Translations under genes and position numbers: made by a program
Assembly (NCBI GenBank): GCA_977020255.1
Contig: CDROCS010002694.1
Coordinates: 620,001 to 684,000 of the forward strand
DNA: 64,000 nt
Origin: Obrimoposthia wandeli
Lineage: Eukaryota
Direction: 5' to 3'
The notes under the pieces: model-generated
The model's database searches: none
The model's input: the letters and a program-made list of their open reading frames with translations, nothing else
Told to the model about the DNA's origin: nothing
In this document: positions 10,040-20,185 of the stretch, piece after piece
How the letters are laid out: each line of letters starts with the position of its first letter
How positions within the stretch are numbered: the stretch's first letter is position 1

Positions 10040-11081
10040 TTTGTTTTCTTAAATGTATTGTTAAACTTGTCTTGGCCCCGTACGTGAAATCTATTAGTTG
10101 TCCGGAATCATCTCTAATATTTACTTCAATATTGTTTATAGAAAAGAGAGAAACTGGAAGATACATTGGTTGATCTATACACATACCGACAGCGTCCCCA
10201 TCTCTAGTTTCATTTTTAGATATCCATATTGTTCTCAAAAGTGGAACTCGCTGTCCTCCTACAAGAGTTGGTTCTATTAAATTAGTATAAATATATAAAT
10301 GATTAACAGCATTTAAAAGCTTTGCCTTATTTTTAGCTTTTATGGTTTTTATTGTATGGGTTTCAAAGGTATTTCTGTTTAAACCAAGGTTTTTAGCGAG
10401 TTTATCATCAAATAAAACTCGTATTATATTGCTCTTTACTGTAAACGTTATTTTACCATTTTTTAATGTTACACATTTATCGAAATATTCACTACATTCC
10501 TTCTGTATTAATTTACAGAAATTTTCTTCACTATCTAATTTATAATCTTTTGAAAACATTTTCAGTTCCACTACATACTTTGGTATCGTTTCAACTGAAA
10601 ACACTTTTGTTACTCTATCAGGAACATTTTTAAACGATTTAGATGAGGCTATATCAGATCTCTTCATACCTACTACATGTCCACTGTCAAAACCGAATTG
10701 AAGAGCTTCTCTATCAGATCCAAATATAATTTGAATAGGTTTTAAAAAATGTTTTAGTCTATTTTTAAATATGACTTTGTTTTTTTCATATATTACTTTC
10801 ACTTCTTTATCTATACAATTGTAATAGAATTTTCCTTTACTATTAAACCCAATCACAACTGCAGTTGTTTTTTCATGATCAACTTCTTTTGTAAACGAAA
10901 TATGTGAGTTTTTTCTGATAGTAATTGGAGAATAATAAAAGGAAAATTCTGTTAAAGCCGCTTCCCATTCTCCTTGGAGATTTATAGGATTTTCCCAATC
11001 GATAATAAAGCTACTAGCGTTATTATCTGGTTGAGTCTTCGGACATCCGTTACTAGGTAAAACCATATACATAGACTTCAT
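10017..11081 (-). CDS. Minor capsid protein / penton (354 aa, intact ORF)
   Basis: MVLPSN..PDN.ASSF..INLQGEWEAALTE and LYIYTNLIEP.LVG..RVPLLR..YLPV..IEVNIRDDSG motifs. Confidence 0.88.
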   Translation of the reverse strand: MKSMYMVLPSNGCPKTQPDNNASSFIIDWENPINLQGEWEAALTEFSFYYSPITIRKNSHISFTKEVDHEKTTAVVIGFNSKGKFYYNCIDKEVKVIYEKNKVIFKNRLKHFLKPIQIIFGSDREALQFGFDSGHVVGMKRSDIASSKSFKNVPDRVTKVFSVETIPKYVVELKMFSKDYKLDSEENFCKLIQKECSEYFDKCVTLKNGKITFTVKSNIIRVLFDDKLAKNLGLNRNTFETHTIKTIKAKNKAKLLNAVNHLYIYTNLIEPTLVGGQRVPLLRTIWISKNETRDGDAVGMCIDQPMYLPVSLFSINNIEVNIRDDSGQLIDFTYGAKTSLTIHLRKQNGESSNN

Positions 11082-12091
11082 ATTATATTAGATGCTGATA
11101 TTCAAGTTGGATCTGAATAACCATGCCATTTAACATAGTATTGTTTATGTTTACCGGCACCCTTAGATTTTAATATTTTTTGAATCCGGTAAACGCTAGG
11201 TTTATTTGATATTACTTGTAGTTCTTGCTCGTAAAATTTACCGTGAGCGATATTATTGTCAGCATCTTTAATAGTATACATTATTGGATTACTCTTTTGA
11301 TCAATTTTTCTTATACAAAATATTTCATCGCTCCAATTCTGATCAAAGTTATTAATAAATGGAGTAGAGCTAATTTTCGAAATTCGGACATATTCGTTTT
11401 TCTTATATTTAGCTTTTTTAATATTTTCTTTTTATTCCTGTTCAACCAGATATCTATAGAATTTTTTCAACAGGTCTCATTCCCTTGAGACTTCTATGTT
11501 CCGAGTGATTATAGGCATGTATTATTTTAGGTAAAACTTGGATCCATTTATTATTTCCTTCTTTTGTGAAATACTTTTTTATTTGATCTCTTAAAGTACG
11601 ATTAAATCTTTCTACTACAGCTGCTTTATACTGTGAAAACACAGAGTAGTGATTTATATTATTTTGTTTAAATAAAGATTGAACTTGCTTATTATAAAAT
11701 TCTTTTCCTAAATCAGTTTGCACATTTTGTGGAATGTCCTCTTTTAATATTTCTTTAATGGCTTCAAGCATAGCTATTGAAGACTTTGCTTTAACTGGAA
11801 TTGCACGAGCAATTTTTGCTAAATACATCAATACATGTTAAAATATATCGATATCCCTTATTAATGGAAGAATATGGGATCATCTCCATCAAATCCATTT
11901 GCCATAAATTATTAGGACCGCTGGTTTTGTAAGCTCTAGTTGGAAGCTCTCATCGGCTTGTTCAGACTGTAGGCTAACTGGTTGCTCAGCCATTTCTGCG
12001 TTTTCTTGTATTTTTGTTTTGTTCTTTTTGCTAATTTTGAAACTCCGGTGTAGCCAAGTGGATCTTTTGGGTTGAACCATATCTTCTCCAT
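11078..12091 (-). pseudogene. Retroviral-type (rve) integrase with C-terminal chromodomain, frameshifted
   Basis: DDE triad QMDL / QTDLGKEF / VVERFNRTL; C-terminal YRIQKILK..KQYYVKWHGY chromodomain; stop overlaps penton ATG (ATGA). Confidence 0.92.
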
Positions 12092-12149
12092 TACAACAAT
12101 TGGAATAGAAAGATAATTTAAATTTAGGTAAAGAAGGGTTAGCACCCAT
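11889..12149 (-). CDS. Candidate small N-myristoylated protein overlapping the integrase 5' end (MGANPS...NCC)
   Basis: MGxxxS consensus plus CC; CATAAACAA motif starts 33 nt before this ATG. Confidence 0.4.
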   Translation of the reverse strand: MGANPSLPKFKLSFYSNCCNGEDMVQPKRSTWLHRSFKISKKNKTKIQENAEMAEQPVSLQSEQADESFQLELTKPAVLIIYGKWI

Positions 12150-12173
12150 ATCTTTAGCTGATTTTATAAATAA

Positions 12174-12182
12174 TTGTTTATG
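12174..12182 (-). promoter_or_regulatory. CATAAACAA motif, 33 nt before ATG 12149
   Basis: One-mismatch copy at the typical spacing. Confidence 0.55.
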
Positions 12183-12202
12183 AACGTGTCGCAGCTATAA
12201 TA

Positions 12203-12508
12203 CTACTGATAATTGAAGCAACAAACTGGAATAACAGCCCCTATGAAACCACCATTCTGTTTAAGAATAATATTTCGTTTCCTTTTTTTACTTTTTACAT
12301 TAGCAATATCTAGAAGAGTTTTTCTATATTTCTTTAATATATTTTTCCGATTTCCAACTTTTACTCGACCCAAAACTATATTATACAAAACTTCCAATAA
12401 ATCATCTACAACAAAAGATGGAAATGCTTTAAGAATAATCATTCTCTTATGAGAAGAGGCTTTGACTAAAGCTTTAAAATAGGGTATGCTTCTTTGTATT
12501 TTCTTCAT
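12203..12508 (-). CDS. Conserved small basic Polinton virion protein with QNGGF motif (101 aa)
   Basis: Basic helical protein ending ILKQNGGFIGAVIP, typical of Polinton genes between ATPase and integrase. Confidence 0.75.
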   Translation of the reverse strand: MKKIQRSIPYFKALVKASSHKRMIILKAFPSFVVDDLLEVLYNIVLGRVKVGNRKNILKKYRKTLLDIANVKSKKRKRNIILKQNGGFIGAVIPVCCFNYQ

Positions 12509-12535
12509 TTTAATAAAAAAGGTTCAATTTAAATA

Positions 12536-12544
12536 TTGTTTATA
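12536..12544 (-). promoter_or_regulatory. TATAAACAA motif, 36 nt before ATG 12508
   Basis: Contains the stop codon of the upstream 46-aa ORF. Confidence 0.65.
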
Positions 12545-12680
12545 TTCGAAGCCATTTAAGTGTTTTTTTATTTCTAACTACAGATTTGATTAATTTTTTC
12601 ACTTCTTTTTTCTTAATGATTCTTTTTTTTGATTTCTTAGGGTTTGCTTTACGTTTTACTATCAACTTCTTAAAAGGCAT
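12540..12680 (-). CDS. 46-aa lysine-rich protein MPFKKLIVKRKANPKKSKKRIIKKKEVKKLIKSVVRNKKTLKWLRI (below ORF-track cutoff)
   Basis: Manual translation; 21 of 46 residues are K/R; has its own TATAAACAA 40 nt upstream. Confidence 0.7.
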   Translation of the reverse strand: MPFKKLIVKRKANPKKSKKRIIKKKEVKKLIKSVVRNKKTLKWLRI

Positions 12681-12687
12681 TATAAAT

Positions 12688-13334
12688 TTAACTTTTAGGA
12701 TTGTTCTCTATTTGTTTATAAACAGTTACTTCCTTATAATTAAATATGTCGGTTAAAACACGTAAATCATCTGGGCAAGCTTGTGTAAAGTCAATAAATA
12801 TATACCCATGTGCTTGTTTAGCAGCATCGTGGAATGAATCAACTAGAAAGGACTTATTTTGAGGAAATGCCTGTCTGGCCACGAAATCAACAACTGTTTG
12901 ATCTCTAGGATTTTTAAATAAAACTAAGTAATGCACATTAAGATTTCTAGTTCTATGGTGACCTCCTTGGTGAAAAAGATTTTGAGTGATAAATATAACT
13001 GTTACTTCACGATTTCTTGCAATCTTCGTAAATAATTATTAAAGTCTGATTCCTTGTTAGCTTCCTGATACAAATCATCAATTATTATTACATCTTCTTT
13101 TTACAATCTTTCACACCAATTTGCATCAAATCCTTCAATAAATTGTATTCCCTTCAACTTGCAAACTTCTGTTTTGGTTAATCCGCTTTCCCCTCCTCCA
13201 CCATGATGCCAATAAATATTTTTGAAACTAGATTTGAAAAGAGATTCATTTTGCAACAATTTACATACGAAATGTGTCTTTCCACTTCCACTGGGACCAA
13301 CTATTTGAAATACAGCATTATTATTTAGCTCCAT
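12688..13334 (-). pseudogene. A32/FtsK-like genome packaging ATPase; one stop (13101-13103) and one frameshift (~13035)
   Basis: Walker A GPSGSGKT, Walker B IIIDD, ITQNLF, LFKNPRD. Confidence 0.93.
12712..12720 (-). promoter_or_regulatory. TATAAACAA motif, 40 nt before ATG 12680
   Basis: Inside ATPase coding sequence. Confidence 0.6.
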
Positions 13335-13361
13335 TGCATATACTCTTTCATTATTTTAATA

Positions 13362-13370
13362 TTGTTTATA
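13362..13370 (-). promoter_or_regulatory. TATAAACAA motif, 36 nt before ATPase ATG
   Basis: Recurrent motif. Confidence 0.65.
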
Positions 13371-13373
13371 TTA

Positions 13374-13646
13374 TCATAGAAGTTTCCTTATTGAAATGTA
13401 CAATGTTAGAGCTATTGTAGATGAAATACAAAAATTAATTAATGAATATTTGGTTATAATTTTATTTATTTGTGTACGATTTCTAAATTCTCGAATAACG
13501 TGTGATCTAACCAATATTTCAATGTTATCTCTTGTTATATCATTATTTTTTAATTCTGATAAAATTTCTTTACCCCTAATTTTTCCAGAAAATATTTCGT
13601 CGGCAAGACGATCCACTTCATTGTCTCTATTTATAGTATTATTCAT
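13374..13646 (-). CDS. Hypothetical 90-aa protein with hydrophobic C-terminus (possible TM helix)
   Basis: Open ORF with TATAAACAA 33 nt upstream; diverged homologous DNA near 59064-59190. Confidence 0.65.
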   Translation of the reverse strand: MNNTINRDNEVDRLADEIFSGKIRGKEILSELKNNDITRDNIEILVRSHVIREFRNRTQINKIITKYSLINFCISSTIALTLYISIRKLL

Positions 13647-13670
13647 TTGAAACAATAAGTTTAAACGGGT

Positions 13671-13679
13671 TTGTTTATA
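13671..13679 (-). promoter_or_regulatory. TATAAACAA motif, 33 nt before ATG 13646
   Basis: Contains the TAA stop of the TBP-like gene. Confidence 0.65.
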
Positions 13680-14171
13680 GAAAAAATAACAATATGTAAT
13701 AAGATATATTTTCTAAAATCAAATCAACAATGTCTGAATAATCAAAATTTTTCAATTCCAATATCATAACTTTACCACTGGAAAATATATTTACACATAG
13801 CGGTTTAAACTTCAAATAACTGAGAACAGGAAAAATTTCTGGTTCAAACATGCATTCTTCTTTCATTTTCTCTGCAGTTTTAAAAAGATTTATCTGTTTC
13901 CCAAGATTAGCCGAAATCGTGATTGATTGTATTGCAGTGATTCGAATTCCAAATGATAAATTGAACCCAAGTATTGGTATTTTGCATCCCATAACACGAC
14001 AATTTCCTAAAAGAATTAAATATGAAAATAAAAAAACTAACCTGTAGGAAAAATAACAACTGTAAAATTGTCAAACTTTTCCACATATTGTCTCGGCTTC
14101 CTTTCATTGAATGGTAAGTACGAAACATCATCTTCTGTTCTACCTTTATAATTTATATTTACGAGTTTCAT
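13675..14171 (-). CDS. TATA-binding-protein-like factor (153 aa), spliced (exons 14171-14042 and 14006-13675)
   Basis: Repeat 1: MKLVNINYKG...VVIFPTGNCRVMGCK. Repeat 2: IQSITISANL...FEPEIFPVL...VNIFSSGKVMI. A 35-nt GT-AG phase-1 intron joins them in frame. Confidence 0.88.
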
Positions 14172-14198
14172 TAGACTAAATTTGTATTCTTTAAAATC

Positions 14199-14209
14199 TT
14201 CTTTATATA
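14199..14209 (-). promoter_or_regulatory. Canonical TATA box (TATATAAAG) ~36 nt before the TBP-like ATG
   Basis: Reverse strand reads ACATATATAAAGAAG. Confidence 0.55.
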
Positions 14210-14362
14210 TGTCTGAACCTGCTTTTTTATTGCACGTTTCTTGTAATTATCTTGCAAACCTATTATTATTGGATGATATATTTCTTCCAATCAAATTTGA
14301 TTTTTAATATGGATTTAGTCCAATCAAATTCAATGCTTTAGTTATATTAACCAATGAGATTC

Positions 14363-15101
14363 ATGTCTTTGTTAGAAATTAGTATAAAAGAATTCGTCAT
14401 TAGAGGGCAAATCATAGTAAATGCATTCATATCAAAGACAATTATCAACGATGGATGATAGCAAACGGGTATTAAGCGATGAGGAAGATATAGAAATGTT
14501 TGAAGAATCGGATAAGGATATGTATGAAAAAGTGAAACAATATTTCAAATACAAAGTCAGATGTCTTTGTTAGAAATTAGTATAAAAGAATTCGTCATTA
14601 GAGGGCAAATCATAGTAAATGCATTCATATCAAAGACAATTATCAACGATGGATGATAGCCAACGGGTATTAAGCGACGAGGAAGATATATAAATGTTTG
14701 AAGAATCGGATAAGGATATGTATGAAGAAGTGAAACAATATTTCAAATACAAAGTCAGATTCTTGAAGAAGGCTCAACTGATTGCTTTAGTAAATCCTGT
14801 GACAATTGAAAGAAGAAAGTTCAGCTACTATCTATTAAATATTCAAAAACCAAATTTTCTATATCTTAAACAGAAAGTTGAAAAGGCAGTTCCGAATTTT
14901 ACTTTCAATAAGAACGAATTTTATATCCGAGGACCCGATGAAGCATTTCTAGATGACTATGGAAGATATGTTGATATTGATGCATTTCCGAAAAAGAAGC
15001 AATGGACTGTAACAATTCGACTTTATGGTTACAAGAAAGATGAAATGGGAACAAAGTTGCCTATGTGGAAAATTGAACGTGCTCATATTTCTATGTTTTA
15101 A
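14363..15101 (+). pseudogene. Right copy of the ~177-aa hypothetical gene, with a ~198-bp tandem duplication of its 5' part
   Basis: ATGTCTTTGTTAGAAATTAG occurs at 14363 and 14561; 14694-15101 is open. Confidence 0.75.
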
Positions 15102-15235
15102 CTTTTGTGTGTAATAAATTGTAATCGGTTTTACTATGTTTCTTTCATTTAATAATCAGTTTTATTTGTATTTTATTTGTATCTTATATGTATTTTTTTA
15201 TAAACATTGTTTTTAATCAGTTTCCTTATTTTAGA

Positions 15236-15640
15236 ATGGATAAGAGATGTGTAGCAAATTTTTATTATCCAGAAAGAATTTCAAAAGGAAAACTATGTAA
15301 TATATTAAAGAGGCATCAAATTATACGAGTTATGAATCCTGTGAAAATATCAGAAGTGGAGAATAAATATCTCATCGAAATTTTAACAACATCTGATATT
15401 GATCAATTGAAAAATATTTTGGGATTTTACATTCCTGATTATGTATATGAAGAAAATTGTTTCCAGCTTGAAACTGATCCCAGTCTTGATTTTAAAGATG
15501 ATCTAGGATATTTGATTGCTCCAATTCTAGATGAAGAACTATGGAATATCTCAATACGTCTCAATGGATATTTTGCTGATGACGGGGAAATGCAGCCTCT
15601 TTGGACTTTGAGTGAAGCCAATATGTTGTTTTATGTTTAA
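15236..15640 (+). CDS. Right copy of the 134-aa hypothetical protein
   Basis: Near-identical to 199-603(-); TATAAACAT at 15199. Confidence 0.75.
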   Translation: MDKRCVANFYYPERISKGKLCNILKRHQIIRVMNPVKISEVENKYLIEILTTSDIDQLKNILGFYIPDYVYEENCFQLETDPSLDFKDDLGYLIAPILDEELWNISIRLNGYFADDGEMQPLWTLSEANMLFYV

Positions 15641-15920
15641 TAAATATTTAGAAAAATAATTTTGTCTCGTATTTTGTTTTTTCTCCTTTAAATTATATAG
15701 ATCTGACAGATTTTTTATCCTATAAATAGATATTTAACATGTAGTAATCTAAAATCTTTCTTAAAAATAGTAGTAATATATTATTTAAAATCTCGTCTGC
15801 GATAAGCCGCCGAGACCAATATGGATTCCCGTGGTCTTCTCTAACCACTTTTGAGATTCGCAGTAAAATTTTTAAAAATTGTGGTGGGGGGTACCCTTTG
15901 GGTGGAATGGAGACATACAT

Positions 15921-16006
15921 GAAATTTCACTCCACACACATGCACAGTTTTAAAAGACAGAGGAGGGGGGGAGGGGTGTGGATTAGACCGGACACATCCA
16001 CCAACT
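15921..16006 (+). repeat. Right terminal inverted repeat of element A
   Basis: GAAATTTCACTCCACACACATGCAC...GTGGATTAGACCGGACACATCCACCAACT, matching 24018-24098. Confidence 0.85.
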
Positions 16007-19000
16007 TACGTTTTCTAGAATTCTTCTCAATATAGTCTTTAAACACTAAGTTTTGACTAAAGCTTATAGCACGATGAATTCGAGTAACTTTCGCTCCCAA
16101 CTTTAAGTAGAATTGAAGAAGCCGCCAATACACAACATAATTCAACTTGTCTTCATGTGTTAACAATAATTTCTTAACCTTTGAATTAGGTGGGCATTGA
16201 TGAACATGTGCTACTGGGAGATTATCTAATTTATCATGCACATTGGAAGGGATTGTTAAGTCAACCTCAACCAAATAGCCGATGTCTGATGAAACTGTAT
16301 CAACAGTAGCCAAATCTGTCATCAACTTATTCAACTCTTCCTCATCATAAACCCACTTAAAATTGGCATGAGGAAGAGGTTGAGTAAGCGCCCACCCATA
16401 CAAATTATTAATATCAATGTACAGAATCTCCGTGGATTGAATTTTGACAACATGATGTTTGTTGACAAAAGTCATTCCACCGCGTATACCATAATCATAC
16501 ATTTGATACATCGCGGGATCTTGCAGTAACTCGATATTAATTTTAAGTGTTTTTATTGCTGTTGCCAATGAAAGACCAGGTAAACTAAAGAAAAGCATGG
16601 GATCTAGCCCATCTTCTGCTAACGATTTTACACGAAAGGACTCAAAAACATAAACTAAAAGATAAATGTCTAACTTCATATAATAAAGCATATATTCAAA
16701 TAGATTTCGACAATTATTCGCTCAAAATGTACGGGCCTCATTATAGTCTTGAAGACTTAAACCCTCAAATTCAGTTATGTGTGGGATTTCTGTAGTATTT
16801 TCTAAATCTGCAAAGGTTTTCGCAAATTTATACGGAAAAATCCCCTTATCATTAACCGTAGCTGGGAACACTGACTGTGGGATTGGCCATGCATTTAAAG
16901 ATGCCGTTAAATTTTTTAAAGACCCGCTCAAAAACTGCAGAGAATCTATGAATCTTAAACTGCAGAATTCAGTATATGCAGTTAAAGATAAATATTTCTC
17001 TGACGTTAGAGGTATACATGTACCCAACGCGTATTTAAGTATATGATGCAAATCATATCCTTTGAGGTTATGAAGAACGATGGGAATGCGTGATTTTTTA
17101 GGGAGACGACGGCCAAGGTTACAGAGGTTGCACGCCGCTCCCAAGTATCGCCTCGTAACATGATCATGATCTCTGACTAACTTAGACTGGGTTCCACACA
17201 AATAACATAATCTACAAGAATTAAAATTAACCCAGTCTATGCCTCTCATGGTCATTGCTTGATGAGCATTAAGATCATACCACGGTTTGACAATTGTTGT
17301 TCCTAATTCCTCTAATTTTAACATAAAATCTAAAATACAATTTGGACCGGAAAATTTATGATACTGTGTAATATTGGGGCCTAAGAATAGGTGGTGAGCC
17401 GGTAGGTGAATACTCTCATACTCTCATGCTATATAGCGTATTGTCATCAGGATTCAGTGAAAATAATGTCAGATGTTTGCTGTCAGATGTTAGCTTGGAT
17501 CGGAATGACACCACTTACACCTTATCCTAACCGGTAAGGCTCCATTATCTAAATTTAGAAGACGATCTAAACTGGGAATTGCAGCATAATAATAAAAATT
17601 ATTATGTTCGAGCAAAATTAAGTTGACCTGAGTCCCCTCATTTTTGCTCCTATAAATTACATCTACAAAAGGATTTTTAAATATTTCTTCATCTGTTACA
17701 TTAACTGGGATATCAGTATTATATTTGAATACATTATTACTCAAGTTATTAAGATGTTCAAATCTTGATATCGCAGTTAATTTAACAGGAAAATATATTC
17801 CATGATACTGCAATTCATTTAAAAAAGGTGTATATTTACTGACACGCTCTCTATGACACCCCTTTTGAGGATGGCCAACACGCTATACAGAAAGCAAAGG
17901 TTATCAAAGGTTATATGTTTTGTATGTTAACAATGGAACGTGAAAGTTGAAGAGATCTAGGTGAAGGAATGTATGAACTCCCAGAAAGATATATCATGTC
18001 AGTGAACTTTGTTAGAACAAAGCTAACATCGTGAATTCTAACTAGAGTCCATCCACTACTTAACTCGCTATAATTAGCAATTTTTTCATCTAAGTTTCTT
18101 CCAATTTCAGTTACAAAATTATCATAGAAAACAATTGCTTTATTTGAAATTACCCAAGTTTTAGTCTCCTCATTGACATTTTTAAACTGCACTGTTGCAC
18201 AAAATTGAACCTTAGCCTGTCCTAATTTAGTCACTTCTGATTTTAAAAGATTTTCAATATTTGAATCTACATCTACGTTTAATAAAATTTCATTTCCTAA
18301 TGGCACCTTAACTATAACATATTTATTATTTAGATGATACTCTATAGTAGCACTGTTTTCTCTACGTTTTTTTGGTGGGACCTTATTAAGAAATTGGCCT
18401 CGCCTTTTTCTTCCTACAATCGCTGACAAACCTCCCCTAATTGAACGGGAAGACAACTATTTATATTAAAAGTTGAGGTGGAAGGAGCTGCTATTGGACA
18501 TGCTGCCGATGTTGAGGCAATCGCAGCTGATGTAGACGATGCTGCTGTAGTAGATGCTACCGCAGATGATGAGACAGTAGATGCAGCATTTGGAGTAGTA
18601 GCCGACATTGCCGACAAAGAAGCGGCTGTTGTAGAGGATGATGCTGCTGAAATAAATATATTAAAAAATAAATATATTTTTAAAAATTATTACCTCTAAG
18701 ACGTGCTAACATCGATGTAGGCACTCGTGATGGGGGAGGAATAGCTATCGTAGCGGATGACGGCTGTATCACGGTATTTCCTGAATAAAAATAATAATAA
18801 AATATATATAATTACAATTTAAAAAAAATAATCTGAAAAATAATTTTAAAAAATTCTAATGAATGCAATCCAACTGGAGCTGGAATGAAGTTCTCTTCAT
18901 TGACGGAATCCATCCAGCTGTCGTCTGTTATCTCGACGAAATCGGATTCCTCGATGGTCTCCAACCATGAGTTATCACTCCATTGCTCCATCTCGAAATC

Positions 19001-19437
19001 TGACTGGGATATGTCGTTCATCCACTCATTGTTAGTCATTTGAGTGGATGGGGCAGAATCATGAGACGGGAGACAAATCGCAAGACTGTAAACGGGTTGA
19101 ATCACTGCAACTTGAATTGGAGCAGGTGCAGCCTGTGAATCGCGCACCACTTGCACGATATCCCTCTTCTTGTTGTTGGCCGTGAAACAGGATAGATGAG
19201 CTCGATGTTCACCGAAGAAGTCTCGAAACTCCTTCTCCTCCATTGTTCTGCAGAAGGGGCAGACGAAGAAGTGAAGCCCGCGAGACTTTGTCCGATAGTA
19301 GGCGGACATTATCTCCATGCAGGTCTCTCCTCCATGCGGAGCCGAAGCATCACAATATGCTGGAAACAGGATACAAGTAATCTGAAATAATAAATATTAA
19401 TAAAGAAATAATAAGTATAGATTCTTACCATAGTCAT
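16007..19437 (-). pseudogene. polB: pPolB copy B, spliced, disrupted, truncated just before motif B
   Basis: Retains the full motif A (YIDINNLYGWAL). Intron 1 (19428-19382, 47 nt) and intron 3 are conserved; the intron 2 donor is lost. Confidence 0.93.
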
Positions 19438-19645
19438 TATTTCAAATAGTCGGGGATTTTAATGAAGAAAGTGTTTGCTTATATACTAAAATTTATGCAC
19501 ACATGCTCTTTTCCTATTGGATTGAAAAATTGAATTTTATTGAGAAGGATTGTTTATCTGTTAAATGGTCGAAAAAAAAAATTTTATTCTTCCAATCAAA
19601 AGAATTATTTGTAATTGAATGAAAATTATGAATTAGAAGAATTGT

Positions 19646-20104
19646 TTATCTACATGTCAAGTATTAATAAGATAGACTTAAACATTTTTTAATGGTCACC
19701 ATGACTACGATATGGACAGAAAATATTTAACGTGAAATATTTAAAGTATTCAACCTCAATTTGGGAAAACATTTTTTTAAAGTCTTATACTTTTTGCGAT
19801 CCATTTCATCTAAAACATAAAAAATTCCATTTTCAATATCAAAATTAGATTTTATTGTTTCGAAAATACATATTTCACAAAAAGCCTTATGTCCTTATTT
19901 CTATTTTAATAAATGAAAATAATTAGTTAGATATAAATTAGTAAATTTTTTCTTATAATCTAAACTTTTAAATAGGATATCTATTTGAAATATGAAATGC
20001 AATGGATGAAAAACGTCGCATACATCCATAATACATAATTCTTTTATAATATAATCACCATTTTTGTTAATGAAAGCCTCAAAATCTATGATATATTCCT
20101 GCAT
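19646..20104 (-). pseudogene. DEDD-like gene, copy B
   Basis: MQEYIIDFEAF...; premature stop after HLLK. Confidence 0.55.
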
Positions 20105-20185
20105 AATTACCCAAATTTGTAGCAAATCCCATTGTTTATAACGAAAATAACCATTAATCAAAAATTTATTAAAATAACAAAGTAC

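Larger units (their letters stand above)
1..16006. mobile_element. Polinton/Maverick (adintovirus-like endogenous virus), element A; left end lies upstream of the window
   Basis: Full hallmark gene set: pPolB, adenain protease, double jelly-roll MCP, penton, rve integrase, A32/FtsK ATPase. Right terminus ...GGATTAGACCGGACACATCCACCAACT at 16006 matches the terminus at 24098. Confidence 0.95.

Noticed and set aside
15188-15235. N-terminal extension MYFFINIVFNQFPYFR on the 150-aa ORFs (also 604-651)
   Set aside because: This stretch contains the promoter motif; MDKRCV is the better start. An upstream acceptor (TTTTAG) cannot be excluded.
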